DNA of 63,872 nucleotides, the filler included, from Octopus bimaculoides (taxonomy: Eukaryota), in NCBI RefSeq assembly GCF_001194135.2. It is 5 parts of 5 records of this genome, joined end to end, with 100 filler letters (N's around TTAATTAATTAA, not from the genome) between each part and the next. Parts side by side here need not be neighbours in the genome. Positions count along the whole stretch, not along the records: positions 26,893 to 50,785 come from NC_068988.1; 4 more parts are not named here. The stretch is one strand, 5' to 3'. Position 1 is the first letter of the stretch; each line of letters begins with the position of its first letter. The translations under genes and the position numbers were made by a program. Positions 26,793 through 40,218 of the stretch are shown in pieces. Under the pieces are notes generated by a model. It had not been told where the DNA came from. It saw nothing but the letters and a program-made list of their open reading frames with translations, and did no database searches.

Positions 26793-26892
26793 NNNNNNNN
26801 NNNNNNNNNNNNNNNNNNNNNNNNNNNNNNNNNNNNTTAATTAATTAANNNNNNNNNNNNNNNNNNNNNNNNNNNNNNNNNNNNNNNNNNNN
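26793..26892. other. Assembly join linker (44 N + TTAATTAATTAA + 44 N)
   Basis: Exactly 100 bp; the same construct occurs at 50786-50885, 60183-60282 and 62348-62447; the 12-mer puts stops in all six frames. Confidence 0.95.
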
Positions 26893-27131
26893 ATATATAT
26901 GCATATATATATCAATCTTTCCAGCAGTCTCCATGCATATAAATATCTGTGTTTCTGTGTGTCTATGTATTTATGTATATGTACGTGGATATATGTATAA
27001 CGTCACGGCAAGAGGTGCAAATGAGGGTAGCTACATCAAACTCCATTCTTCACCAAGTGCCACCTATTGGAGGAGGCTCTCAGTAGCAAAACGGCGATGC
27101 ATCAGCATGGCCGCAGCTCTCAGCTGAAACT

Positions 27132-27167
<36 letters not shown>

Positions 27168-27522
27168 NNNNNNNNNNNNNNNNNNNNNNNNNNNNNNNNN
27201 NNNNNNNNNNNNNNNNNNNNNNNNNNNNNNNNNNNNNNNNNNNNNNNNNNNNNNNNNNNNNNNNNNNNNNNNNNNNNNNNNNNNNNNNNNNNNNNNNNNN
27301 NNNNNNNNNNNNNNNNNNNNNNNNNNNNNNNNNNNNNNNNNNNNNNNNNNNNNNNNNNNNNNNNNNNNNNNNNNNNNNNNNNNNNNNNNNNNNNNNNNNN
27401 NNNNNNNNNNNNNNNNNNNNNNNNNNNNNNNNNNNNNNNNNNNNNNNNNNNNNNNNNNNNNNNNNNNNNNNNNNNNNNNNNNNNNNNNNNNNNNNNNNNN
27501 NNNATATATATATATATATATA

Positions 27523-27785
27523 AAGGGTAAAGACGTCCTTCGGTCATGAATGACCATTGCACTGCACTTAGAAAGTTCCTCTCCGGGGCATAAGTCCTGG
27601 CAAGGTCGTTTATGGAAGACTAGCAGTCACCCATGCATACCAGCCTTCTCTCTCCACGTCACCCATGTTATCATGCAAGGGAGAGGCAAAGGTCGGTACA
27701 CCTCGGCGCCAGTGACGTCGCAACTCATTTCTACAGATGAACGAACAGTAACAGCGAGAAATGAAGTATCTTGCTCAAGACACTT
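27523..27785 (-). mobile_element. SINE lacking its head (CORE-like segment plus probable RTE-derived tail)
   Basis: rc begins TTGAGCAAGATACTTCATTTC..TGTAGAAATGAGTTGCGACGTCACTGG and ends CAATGGTCATTCATGACCGAAGG..TTTACCC next to (TA)n. Confidence 0.65.
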
Positions 27786-27945
27786 TCTTACATGTATACA
27801 CTAATCAATCTCACCAGTTCTTTCCACTAATTTATTTAATAGTCTAGCTCATATTGTCCATTAGCACTGCATTTGCTTCGTTCTTGGTCCTATAATTTCG
27901 CAATGCCTAAACTTGATAAATACAACGTCTCTAATCTATTTATTC

Positions 27946-28253
27946 ATTTATTTATTATCTATTTGCGGAAGGAATTTCAACCATGTTTCGTGGTCTGCTA
28001 CCACAACAGCTCCTTTATAGGATCCAGTTAGCTCAAGACATCATCATGAGGAACCACGTCCGGTTTCGGCCCCTACTCCTCTACCGTTTTGACGTGGCGC
28101 GGCCGCCCCTTTCGGAGGTGTCTTCAGCTCTGGTGTTGGGTGCATGTCTTCTTTCTTCTATTCCCTGGCCTCTTCGATGCAGCATCAACGAGTGTCAGCG
28201 TCCGACTGACTGTCTTGACAAATTCCCCTTTTTATTTATTTATTATCTATTTG
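27946..28253. mobile_element. 268-bp GC-rich insert between perfect 20-bp direct repeats
   Basis: ATTTATTTATTATCTATTTG at 27946-27965 and 28234-28253. Confidence 0.6.
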
Positions 28254-28469
28254 TATTTAACTTTGACTTATTTTTGATTTATCATCTTAAATCTTTATTT
28301 TCATCCCTCGGTTCCCAGTGAGCATACACCTTTATTAACACCCCAAATTTACACGCACACTCGCACAAATATGTATATACACTTATGCGTATATTGGTTT
28401 GTAATCAGTTGCTTTGGCACATTATTTCCCAGAAAATTATAATAGGACACAATGATATTTAGTTAATAA

Positions 28470-28850
28470 GAACCACAAATAACTCTACTATTCTTGGCAA
28501 ATACGTTGAGTTATATGGACGGAAGCAAAGAAACACCAGTTGTGAAGTGGTGGAGTAAAGAAAACACAGACACACACATTGACACATACATACATCAATA
28601 CATACATACATACATACATATACATACATACCTACATACATATATACATGCATACATATATACATACATACATACTTACATATAAAACTGCATACATACA
28701 TACAAGGATAAAACTAGCTTCTGCACAGTTTCCATCTGCACAGTTATATAGCAAAAGATATTCTCCGTACGTTCCGCGCAAAGTGGGACTGAACCCGAAA
28801 CCATGTTGTTGAAAAGCGACGTTCTCAACCACTCAGCTATGCCTACGCCT
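28470..28850 (-). mobile_element. SINE family A, diverged, with an expanded (TACA)n core
   Basis: AAAGTGGGACTGAACCCGAAACCATG..CTCAACCACTCAGCTATGCCTACGCC is the rc of the head. Confidence 0.75.
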
Positions 28851-30179
28851 TTATCGATATTTGTAATACCTTTTATATACATTTGGACCTATTCATATAC
28901 AGACATCAAAACTGCATGAGAAATTATAATTGGAAACAAACAACGAAATTGACCGGAAGAGGAATAATCATATGCATCGCATCTTCCGCTTGCCATAAGT
29001 TTTTGGATTCCGGGGTAGAGCCGATTAAGGTAAAGACAAAAAAACAAAAAAAAAAACCCAGAAAGAAAAGAAACCAAAATGGCCTCAAACATAAACTTTA
29101 TCAACGTGAAGGCATTAAATTAAAAAGACAAATCATGAAGAAAACAAATTCCTTCAACAATCAGAATGAAACCAGTGAATGTTTAATATTATCACAAATC
29201 ATTTATTGTTCTAGTTGAAAAAAAAAACAACAAAAAAAATCATTGGTTTGCTTACAAGGATAACAGATATATTTTGTGTGAATAATAATTTAAGGCTTCT
29301 TAAAGAATCTAGAGTAATATGATAAAAATACAAATCCTGACAGCGACACAAAACTTATTCTGTTGCAGACTAATACTGTGTGTTTTTACGTCAAAACGTA
29401 TCAAATTACGAACTGTAAGTGAAAACCTCCCTCAAGCTACAATACTTCGTGAACGGGAAGTCAGAAAGATATTACAGCTGTTATCAATATCATGGGCAAG
29501 AGCAACGAGCTGTCCTAATCGATAGAATATGGGAAAAAAACCTTTCTGATATATTTACGCCGATTCGTTACAATCAGAGTTCATATTCTGTCATGGCGAA
29601 CTTGCCTATCTTTCTGTTCTGTTGGGATCGATAAAATATGCAGCAATCAAGCAGGTTGGTATGGAATGAACCCACCCTTCTAATCAAAATAGTCGGACTT
29701 TTACCTAAATGCGAAACCATTATTTACATTCTAGACGGAACTTGTATACATTTTAAAATGAGTGAACTTATAACAAATAGTTATAACAAATTTATAACAG
29801 ATAGTTTGAAGATTTTTTTTTTCATCAGTTCAATTTCTGAGCACCTTCGTTAGGCTCTTTCCGATTTTTAATGGTACAAGTCTAGACAAATATAAAACCG
29901 AAACGTGGTTTCATTTTATTGCTGATTGTATTAATATTTCACCATTCAGACAATTTTCAACCTTTTTCATGCAAATCAACGTTGAAAATCTTCGATTCAT
30001 TTATCAATATTTCTCAGTCATTCATCCTTCCGACTCACTCACACTAAACTCAACTGGAGGTCGTGTAACAGTTACCACGCATTGTCTTTCCTTCACTCAT
30101 TAAATAACTTGTATGAAACTGAATGAGTATAAACACGCACGAGTAATACCTCATTGTTCTCTTAAATTCGTGTAGCAGG

Positions 30180-30700
30180 CATGTGCAAGGTTTTCCAAAC
30201 CAGTTAGAGACTTAGATTCTATGGTACAGCTATGGCAATAATAGGTGCCTCTCGTACTAGGTGTTTCAATATTAATTTGATAAATTTGCAACTGATGTTT
30301 CATACTCCTTGCTAGTATAACGCGTAGATAACAACTTCCTGTGACTGTGATATTTTGTTACATATTAAAATGGACACTGTACACCATCATACTCAATTGT
30401 CATAAAGACTGTTATGAACAATTATCCGACGCTCTTGTACGATACGGTTCATTAAAATTCGTTTCTCCAATTACACTGCTTTCCTCCACAATAATCTAGC
30501 CTGAGCGAATTTATTGCATCCATTTTCCTCGAGTATGAAATTCTCCAGTGACTACATGATGTTGTTCATATGACTTTATTTCAATTTCTGCACAAGTATT
30601 TTATCCTGAGATAACACACCAGGCAACAATTGCTGAGGGATCCGATGATATTTCACCCTGACCACATGACTGCTCCATTATAGTCGGTCCTGAAGCACTA
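30180..30700 (-). mobile_element. Possible, very decayed Helitron (PIF1-like helicase) remnant
   Basis: Fragments QQLLP..., F(A)Q..LL, RVILA...IKLILKHL..EA resemble Helitron helicase motifs across frameshifts; weak. Confidence 0.3.
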
Positions 30701-30786
30701 GAGGCTCTACACTATTAGACTGATTGCATTTCAACGTCAAATACACGTACCTCCACACACAAAGTCACAGATACGAAGATACATAT

Positions 30787-30872
30787 ACACGCAACTCCAT
30801 TTAATTGCACAATGTTATCATTTAAATGTTATCAATTTAAAATGCAGAGCAATCCTCAGCTACACAAAGACA
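30787..30872. repeat. Interspersed repeat fragment shared with 54843-54920
   Basis: GCAACTCCATTTAATTG..AATTTAAAA(A)TGCAGAGCAATCCTCA..AAAGACATA is present at both loci. Confidence 0.75.
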
Positions 30873-32338
30873 TATATATATATATATATATATATATACG
30901 TACATACATACACACAGGCACACACACATGAACCTTAAATCCCAATTGAGTTGTAGGAGCATCATCGTGACAGACGGCGTGTCTTAGGAATTTCGAAACA
31001 TGTTTATCAATTGCCAGATCTAACCATAGACAAACAGAAAATTAAAAAGATAGAGGGCGTGAGAGGGAGAAAGAGAAATAGAGAAAAAGAGAGAGTGAGA
31101 GAAAGAGAGAGAGAGAGTAGAGAAACACCTTAGTTGTGGACTGGTACACGGCAATACAATACATTCATCGATTTCACTTGAGAGGAAGCCATTTGAGATC
31201 CGTCTATTGATATTTTATAATTAATTCTCTTTAATTTTGGTACGAGTGGAGGCCTGCATGTTTTGAACCAATAACGTAAAAATCTGTATGAAATATAACT
31301 AATCACTTTTTTCCGATACATTAATGATTCTACCAACTCGCCAATGATACAAATAAATTAGGTCACACGAAATATCTAGGTGAAAGCAGTGGACTTCACC
31401 CTATGTTAGCAAACATAATTTGTGTTCTCAACAAAATAAGGTAAATTAAATAAATATAGAAAGAGAGAAGAGGACATAAAACAAATACGAATTATTCTCA
31501 TTTTATCGTAATTTAAGCAGCATTATTCAATTAATCCTACAAATATGTGAGATTAGCAAGAATCAGCTAAACTTCTTTATTTGACTTAGTCGGTTCTACT
31601 ATATTTGTATATTTGTGACAATATTCAAGTATGCAGCACTTAGAAATTATTTTCAACATCTGAATAAGCATACTCACATGTATGCGTGAATACATAGTAC
31701 ATACACACAAGTCACTATATCTCATTTTCTGACTATTGATCATGCACATATATATACATATATATACACACACACATACACACATACACTCAAACGCTCG
31801 TACACGCCCAAATATATGCATATATGTATATATAATTATTAACGTATGTTGTTGCTTCAGAATCGTATGACAAGAGTTATATTTGTTAATAATGCGATGA
31901 AAATTCTGAGGAAATAACTTATAGAACTATTTTCGGTGAAACTAATTCATCCCCATTTTCAATAACCAAATGAAAGGAATTTTTATGAAATATTACTTTA
32001 GGTTGATTCGATTCCAATAATTTGACCCAAAATAGACGACAGAAGTAAAGTCACAAGGCATACTGTGACATTTAATTCCAAATATTTATTCATATTTTCC
32101 TGTAATGTATTCCAATAATAGAATACGGAAGTCGGAGCTTAAACTGAGAGATTTCCTCCGTACCTCAATCTAACATTGAATTTCTATTCTGAGAAATTAC
32201 ATATTTAGAAAGTATATTATTTAAACGTAAGCTGGGAAGCATTGATTTGAATGTTACTGAGTTTATTAGTATGCCATTTGCAAAGATGACAGCATGATTA
32301 TAAGTATGTATATAGGTATACACCTGTGTGGTGTGGGC

Positions 32339-32409
<71 letters not shown>

Positions 32410-33308
32410 TAGGTGAGTGTGTGTGTGAATTATATATATTCACATACACACTCACGCACACATACATGTGTATATATATACTTATACATGTATAGAGTCA
32501 GTAAAAAATTACAAATATATGAGTGAATGAAAATATGAAAATAACAGTATGAGAGTATACAGGGTGGTCAAAATAACGCACCAACACGTTTGACATTTTA
32601 TATATATTACGTTAATATTATTATCATTATTATTATTATTGCTATTATTATTATTATTGTTATTATTATTACTTTTTTCTATCATCATTGTTATATTTAC
32701 TTTATTCAATTTTAGCAAACTTAAAGCATATCTTTGAGAAATATATTATATACATACATACACATGTACGTACGAACGTGTACGTACGTACATACATACA
32801 TACCTACATACATACATATATAAAGAGATTAGAAAAGATTACAATATATGCATATGTGAAACTTAGTAAAAATATTTATAAAAATAACTGTTTGAGAGTT
32901 TATGTGTGTATAGTCATAAATTTATATATGTGTATATTTGAATTTCCCTGTATGAATATATATATATATATANNNNNNNNNNNNNNNNNNNNNNNNNNNN
33001 NNNNNNNNNNNNNNNNNNNNNNNNNNNNNNNNNNNNNNNNNNNNNNNNNNNNNNNNNNNNNNNNNNNNNNNNNNNNNNNNNNNNNNNNNNNNNNNNNNNN
33101 NNNNNNNNNNNNNNNNNNNNNNNNNNNNNNNNNNNNNNNNNNNNNNNNNNNNNNNNNNNNNNNNNNNNNNNNNNNNNNNNNNNNNNNNNNNNNNNNNNNN
33201 NNNNNNNNNNNNNNNNNNNNNNNNNNNNNNNNNNNNNNNNNNNNNNNNNNNNNNNNNNNNNNNNNNNNNNNNNNNNNNNNNNNNNNNNNNNNNNNNNNNN
33301 NNNNNNNN

Positions 33309-33339
<31 letters not shown>

Positions 33340-33604
33340 TATGTGTGCGTGTGTGTGTGTGTGTGTATGTATGTATATATAAATTTCTATGTATTCTGAC
33401 GGAAAATTAATAACTGAACTGAAATGTATAAAAATAAATATATTTAATGGGACAAGAAAATGTACATGGTTCTGAGGCATGGGTGTATAGTAACACCATA
33501 AACAAAAACAGGACTTTATCAGTTAGTTATAGAGCCTGAAGTCAATGTGGTCGCAGAACAGAAGGCGAAATATCTGTGAATCCAAATACAGTTGAATCAT
33601 GCTT

Positions 33605-33976
33605 ATGTTACCACTACGTCGGTTACGACGACGAGGTTTCAAGTTGATACGATCAACGGAACAGCCTGCTCGTGAAATTAACGTGCAAGTGGTTGAGCAC
33701 TCCACAGACACCCGTACCCTTAACGTAGTTTATAGAGAGATTCCGCGTGACACAGAGTGTGACAAGGCTGGCCCTTTGAAATACAGGTACAACAGAAGCA
33801 GGAAGATAGACTGAGAGAAAGTTGTGGTGAAAGATTACAGCAGGGTTCGCCACCACCTCCTGCCGGATCCTCGTGGAACATCAGGTGTTATTGCTCAATA
33901 AACTCTCTGGGAATCGAAACCGTGATCCTACTACCGCGAGTCCGCTGCTCTTACCACTGGGTCATTGCGCCTCCAC
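33605..33976 (-). mobile_element. tRNA-derived SINE family B, full length
   Basis: rc head TGTGGAGGCGCAATGACCCAGTGGTAAGAGCAGCGGACTCGCGG..GGTTTCGATTCCCAGA; 3' part shared with 43125-43310. Confidence 0.85.
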
Positions 33977-34098
33977 AATCATGCATATATACCCACACAT
34001 AAATACACGAACGCAGACATATATTTATATATGCCTAGCATTCAATCACTCTCACTCTCTTTCTCTTTCTCTCTATCCTTTGCTCTGTCTCTCTCTAT

Positions 34099-34185
34099 GG
34101 GTGTGTGATAAGAAGATTAATTCTCAACCATATGGTTCCAGGTTGAATTCAACTGCGTGGCATGTTTGCCAGGTGGCAGCACATC

Positions 34186-34187
<2 letters not shown>
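34099..34187 (+). mobile_element. SINE family A head fragment
   Basis: GTGTGATAAGAAGATT..CAACCATATGGTTCCAGGTTGAATTCAACTGCGTGGCA. Confidence 0.65.
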
Positions 34188-34219
<32 letters not shown>

Positions 34220-35124
34220 NNNNNNNNNNNNNNNNNNNNNNNNNNNNNNNNNNNNNNNNNNNNNNNNNNNNNNNNNNNNNNNNNNNNNNNNNNNNNNNNN
34301 NNNNNNNNNNNNNNNNNNNNNNNNNNNNNNNNNNNNNNNNNNNNNNNNNNNNNNNNNNNNNNNNNNNNNNNNNNNNNNNNNNNNNNNNNNNNNNNNNNNN
34401 NNNNNNNNNNNNNNNNNNNNNNNNNNNNNNNNNNNNNNNNNNNNNNNNNNNNNNNNNNNNNNNNNNNNNNNNNNNNNNNNNNNNNNNNNNNNNNNNNNNN
34501 NNNNNNNNNNNNNNNNNNNNNNNNNNNNNNNNNNNNNNNNNNNNNNNNNNNNNNNNNNNNNNNNNNNNNNNNNNNNNNNNNNNNNNNNNNNNNNNNNNNN
34601 NNNNNNNNNNNNNNNNNNNNNNNNNNNNNNNNNNNNNNNNNNNNNNNNNNNNNNNNNNNNNNNNNNNNNNNNNNNNNNNNNNNNNNNNNNNNNNNNNNNN
34701 NNNNNNNNNNNNNNNNNNNNNNNNNNNNNNNNNNNNNNNNNNNNNNNNNNNNTATATATATATATATATATATATTTGTGTGTGTATGTGTGTGTGCGTG
34801 TGCGTGTGTGTGTGTGTGTGTATGTATGTTTCCTTGTATGTCATTATTCTGTTAAATTTCAAGATTTCTTGCCAAAACAGAAAAAGCCAGCCGGTTACTA
34901 ACCTAGATTCCTTCATTGGAATTTCAACATTATCGACAAGGTATTTTTGTATGCATGTATGTAAATGTTATATACCTACATAGATAGCGGCTGATCCGTC
35001 AAAATAAATACCAGAATTAAAACTATAAATATTGCTGTCGACTTGTTAACTTAAGCTACCACAGAAGTCTTACAACATGTTGCAGCCAAGTTTTTTTTTT
35101 TTTTATATATGTCCCTTCTATATT

Positions 35125-36738
35125 TTGATTATTATAAATCTTCCTCTGAAGGAGGGAGCCGGTTTCTAACAAAGATACAAGGCTCAGTCTTTGTCATGTA
35201 GTTAACACTGACAAATTCATATTTGGAACTTGAGAAAAGTCTTGAGATAAGCTTTTTTACTGTTCCACTCACAGATTGCACTTGTAAGGTGCGAATTAGC
35301 CAGACGATTTCTCTTTCTAAAATTCTCTGTTTATCCAGATTCTTCTTTAAACATTTACTAACACAACCTAGTTCTCCAGTTATCATTGGTATGAATATGA
35401 ATTCATCGTCTGAATGTACAAGCTAGGGGTTTCGAAGCAGTTGTCCATAGATATCCCCTTTTGCTTTTATTTTCAAAGCGATATCAATATCTGCAGGGCA
35501 GCTGATGTCTATGATGGTACATATCTTTGCCCCTCTGTTCCAAACAACAACATCCGACCTGTTATGTTTACATTTGACAGAAGTTCTGATGGGAATATTT
35601 CACTAGTTTTCCTTGAATTGGTTTTTATGAATGTATTCCATAACAGAGGGATTTTCTAAGTTTATTTCAGGAGAGTATTTTTTGCGGATGGCATTATAAA
35701 TTGTTTTAGCAACATCATCGCACTGCATAGACAAGTAGTACTATGACGACATTTTAGGACAGCTGCTAATCACATGGGTGATGTCTTCCACAGAAGCATG
35801 ACATTGACTACACATGCAGTTGCATTTTTGGATTACAAGAGCGTCGCTGTCTCTGTTGTTCACTAGGTACACGCCGCTTAGTCTTCAAAGTGTGATGTGA
35901 TGAAGTGGTCTTGTGCCCAAGAGAGGCTTTGCTTCATGCCAATTTTACTGCCTACTTCAAGCTTCCGGGCAACATACCCATTTATAGTCTTTTTTTTTTA
36001 TTGTATGCTAACTTCTTTCCATCCAGGTCTTTTCTGAGGTAAGAAAGCCCAGCTGTTTTGGGGCTGTATAGTTCATCAGGAAGAGAGTGCTTCTTGAGGA
36101 GATCACTGACAACTCGTACAATGTTACTCACTTCACTTTTCAGGACTGCGTTTATGTATTGATTTTTGATACTGCTACTTAGCAGGTGCTGCCTGAGTGA
36201 TACCATACGGCATTCGAAGGCCACTTGCATTGATCTCAGGCCTCTACCACCTTCATGTAGAACCTGTCAACATCTCTCTTCCCATATGTTATCAGTATTT
36301 TGCGAGTTTTGATATCTATAGAGTGGATTTCCTCTACAGACCAATCAAGTATCCCAAATGTTGAGATCAGCACTGGTACTGCAAAAGCATTGTCGGATAT
36401 TGTTTTGTTGTAAAACATTTCCTACTGTCATATTTTTCTAAGTCTGGTGTAATATTCTCGGGTCACTCTATTTTATTCACAGTGCTTTCATATGATGCAT
36501 TTTCGTCTATGCCTAGGTACGTACTTGTAACATTCTTTGTGTGGAATTGGGGAGATAGAAAGAAGACCGTCGATGCACAGGTTTTGGATTTCGGGGACTG
36601 ACTTAACACGATCTATAACCAAATATGAACATTTATTTTGGTCAAATTCCATGCCTGCCTCAGCTGAAAATGTTATTAATTCCAATTGTTTTTCGGCATT
36701 GTTAACACTTTTAGCACAAATACTCAGGTTGTCTACAT
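35125..36738 (-). mobile_element. R4/Dong-like non-LTR retrotransposon: RT C-terminal half, CCHC knuckle and RLE nuclease, degenerate
   Basis: YVDNL (YxDD), GMEFDQNKC, YKYLG, AVPVLISTFGILDW, CSQCHASVEDITHVISSC, KCKHNRSDVVVW..IIDISCP, PMITGELG. Confidence 0.9.
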
Positions 36739-37602
36739 ATGTATTTATGCATGTATGCATTTATGTCTGTCTGTCTGTCTGTATGTATGTATGTATATAT
36801 ATATATATATATATATACACAGCGAGATATATTAGTTATCTGTCTGTCATCTTTATCTACAAGTTGGTCTTCCACGAAGTATCGGTCCTCTAAATTCACT
36901 CACATGGCACATACACACCCTCACACACACTCGCACGTATGTATGACCATATATATNNNNNNNNNNNNNNNNNNNNNNNNNNNNNNNNNNNNNNNNNNNN
37001 NNNNNNNNNNNNNNNNNNNNNNNNNNNNNNNNNNNNNNNNNNNNNNNNNNNNNNNNNNNNNNNNNNNNNNNNNNNNNNNNNNNNNNNNNNNNNNNNNNNN
37101 NNNNNNNNNNNNNNNNNNNNNNNNNNNNNNNNNNNNNNNNNNNNNNNNNNNNNNNNNNNNNNNNNNNNNNNNNNNNNNNNNNNNNNNNNNNNNNNNNNNN
37201 NNNNNNNNNNNNNNNNNNNNNNNNNNNNNNNNNNNNNNNNNNNNNNNNNNNNNNNNNNNNNNNNNNNNNNNNNNNNNNNNNNNNNNNNNNNNNNNNNNNN
37301 NNNNNNNNNNNNNNNNNNNNNNNNNNNNNNNNNNNNNNNNNNNNNNNNNNNNNNNNNNNNNNNNNNNNNNNNNNNNNNNNNNNNNNNNNNNNNNNNNNNN
37401 NNNNNNNNNNNNNNNNNNNNNNNNNNNNNNNNNNNNNNNNNNNNNNNNNNNNNNNNNNNNNNNNNNNNNNNNNNNNNNNNNNNNNNNNNNNNNNNNNNNN
37501 NNNNNNNNNNNNNNNNNNNNNNNNNNNNNNNNNNNNNNNNNNNNNNNNNNNNNNNNNNNNNNNNNNNNNNNNNNNNNNNNNNNNNNNNNNNNNNNNNNNN
37601 NN

Positions 37603-37658
<56 letters not shown>

Positions 37659-38559
37659 AGAGAAAGAGAGACAGAGATTGAGATAGAGATAGATAGACAA
37701 AGAAGGAGAGAGAGACACAGAGCGACAGAGAATGAAAAGACAGACAATGTCATGCATAGAGAAAACAAAGGCGTTTGATAAAATGTACCCTTAAATAAGC
37801 AGAATACTTTCACAAAATTGTATCATTCCATTACAAGCATTTGGCATTGTACTGGATTTAGAAATCATTATTATTAATATTCCATAAATTGTAGTTAAAA
37901 TCCATAGTTCACATCATGGCACATATCACTTTCCAGTATTTAAATTCTTCGTAATTCCATATTTAAATTCTGCCGAGTTCAGCTTTCACTTTGATCTATC
38001 CGGAAAGGTCAATATTACAATTTCAACTAATATACTCGTGTCGACTCAGTTGCTTGTACTCCTAGCCTACCAAAAATTGACTTAATATTTATTCAATATA
38101 TATAGTTGTTATTAGCAGCGCTGTTTCCTCCTACCTCCTACCTCGTTCTTCTTCGCATGAGGTCACTGAAATGAACTTGCCTGCCTATCGGTCTCGGTTA
38201 AACTTTACACGATAAATAGATAACGTTAACCCGACATCATAATTAAATATCCTTTCTACTTCGATCTGAAATTTTACACATTCACTATGTTCAACTGAAA
38301 ATTTATTGATGTTCTTGTGTTCGTTTGCCTTCATGTCAGTCTCCCACCCACTCTCTCTGTGTATATATGTAATATGTATGTATATATANNNNNNNNNNNN
38401 NNNNNNNNNNNNNNNNNNNNNNNNNNNNNNNNNNNNNNNNNNNNNNNNNNNNNNNNNNNNNNNNNNNNNNNNNNNNNNNNNNNNNNNNNNNNNNNNNNNN
38501 NNNNNNNNNNNNNNNNNNNNNNNNNNNNNNNNNNNNNNNNNNNNNNNNNNNNNNNNNNN

Positions 38560-38603
<44 letters not shown>

Positions 38604-39980
38604 TGCGTTTATGAATACATATGTTAGGGAGCAAGTATGTAATTCATGTGAAGTATCAATGTATATATTTCTGCAGTGATGTATATGTGTCTGTTCATAC
38701 ATACATACATACATACATACATACATACATACATGCATGCACACATACATACATATGTGTGCGTATGAGAGAGACAGAGAGAAATGTATGTAAATAATGA
38801 TATGTACACCATTGTATATTATGTATTTATGTATGGCTATATATAACGTTGTGTGTGTACGTGTGTGTATGAATCTGTGTTAGTATCACATGTTTATTCA
38901 CGCAAGTATCTCAATGGCTATTTCATTGAAGTCGAACAATTGTCTCCGCCACTCACTCAGTCAGTCACTAAATACAACCCCCCCCACACACCTTTATATC
39001 ACTTTCATTCTCACTTTATTCTGTTTCAGTCTCCGTCGTTTGTTTCTGTCTCCCCTCCTTGCACCTCTCTCTCCCAGTGTTTATCTCTCAATTCCTCTGT
39101 TTCTCTCTCATCCAAGCTCACCCTTTCGTTTCTCCCTCCCTGTTCATCATTTCATATAACGATCTCTTCTTTAAAAAGAAATAATATTCCTTCGTATTTC
39201 ACTTGAAGTTGAAAAGATAGCTGAAGAAAGAAAGAAAGATGGAAATAAAATAAAATAAAATAAAATAGAATAAAATAAAGTAGGAAGATGACCAGGAAAA
39301 AGGAGAAGGTGGGAGACAAGAAGAAGCAGTAGAAATAGATGAAGAAGAAAACGGAGGTTGCCAGGGTTTAATGTTCAGAGATATCTGGCACATTAAAGCA
39401 ATAACCGGTAAGTAAGTGCTTTTGAAACCGGACGTGAGTTCATTGTCCCATTTAGAGAACTGGAGGCTATGCGATCATACACAAGTTTTCTCCGGCAAAT
39501 ATGCCTTTATCGCTAAGAGATAAAACGACAATATTACCAAGATTTTCCTATTCGTTCCAAGACCACCATATCAAAGTTGAAGCTACGAGTGATTTTTCTC
39601 TTTGAAAATATTTCAAATCAAAAGACAGTTTCTCCATTGATATCACATGCCCCGCTCTACGTAATATGTCGAACATTTCTTGATTTGCTACAACTTCTGT
39701 AACAAGTCCATCTTTTTATCTAAAATTATCGAGTTAGATAATTTATATTCAAAACCGTTGGTTTACATTCTCACGATGATTATTTTCACTATCTATTCAT
39801 ATGGAAATTCCACCTCTCGAAACCAAATGATTTTTTTCTAATACTAACTGGCATTCACTTTATAAATATTTTGATTACAGAATTTAATGTTTTCATCTAA
39901 CCCTAAGTTTCATATTCATTTTATCACACCTTTATCTTTTGCCTTTTTCTTCCCTCTTGCAGCCCACATCAAGTACACGC

Positions 39981-40011
<31 letters not shown>

Positions 40012-40066
40012 TGTATGTATGGATTATGTATGCATGTATGTATGTATATATACATATACATACGTC

Positions 40067-40099
<33 letters not shown>

Positions 40100-40127
40100 C
40101 ATATATAATATATGAATATTATATCTA

Positions 40128-40218
<91 letters not shown>

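Noticed and set aside
26837-26848. TTAATTAATTAA palindrome as a recurring regulatory motif
   Set aside because: It is always centred in exactly 44+44 N, so it is a scaffolding linker.
39280-39406. Plus-strand acidic frame (EDDQEKG..DIWHIKAIT) ending at a gtaagt donor
   Set aside because: The acceptor is purine-rich with no pyrimidine tract, and the GAA-rich low complexity explains the open frame.
39590-39720. KRBA2/SCAND3-like integrase similarity (EMFDILRRAGH)
   Set aside because: The similarity is limited to a few residues and the downstream HGG/CxxC motifs are not recoverable.
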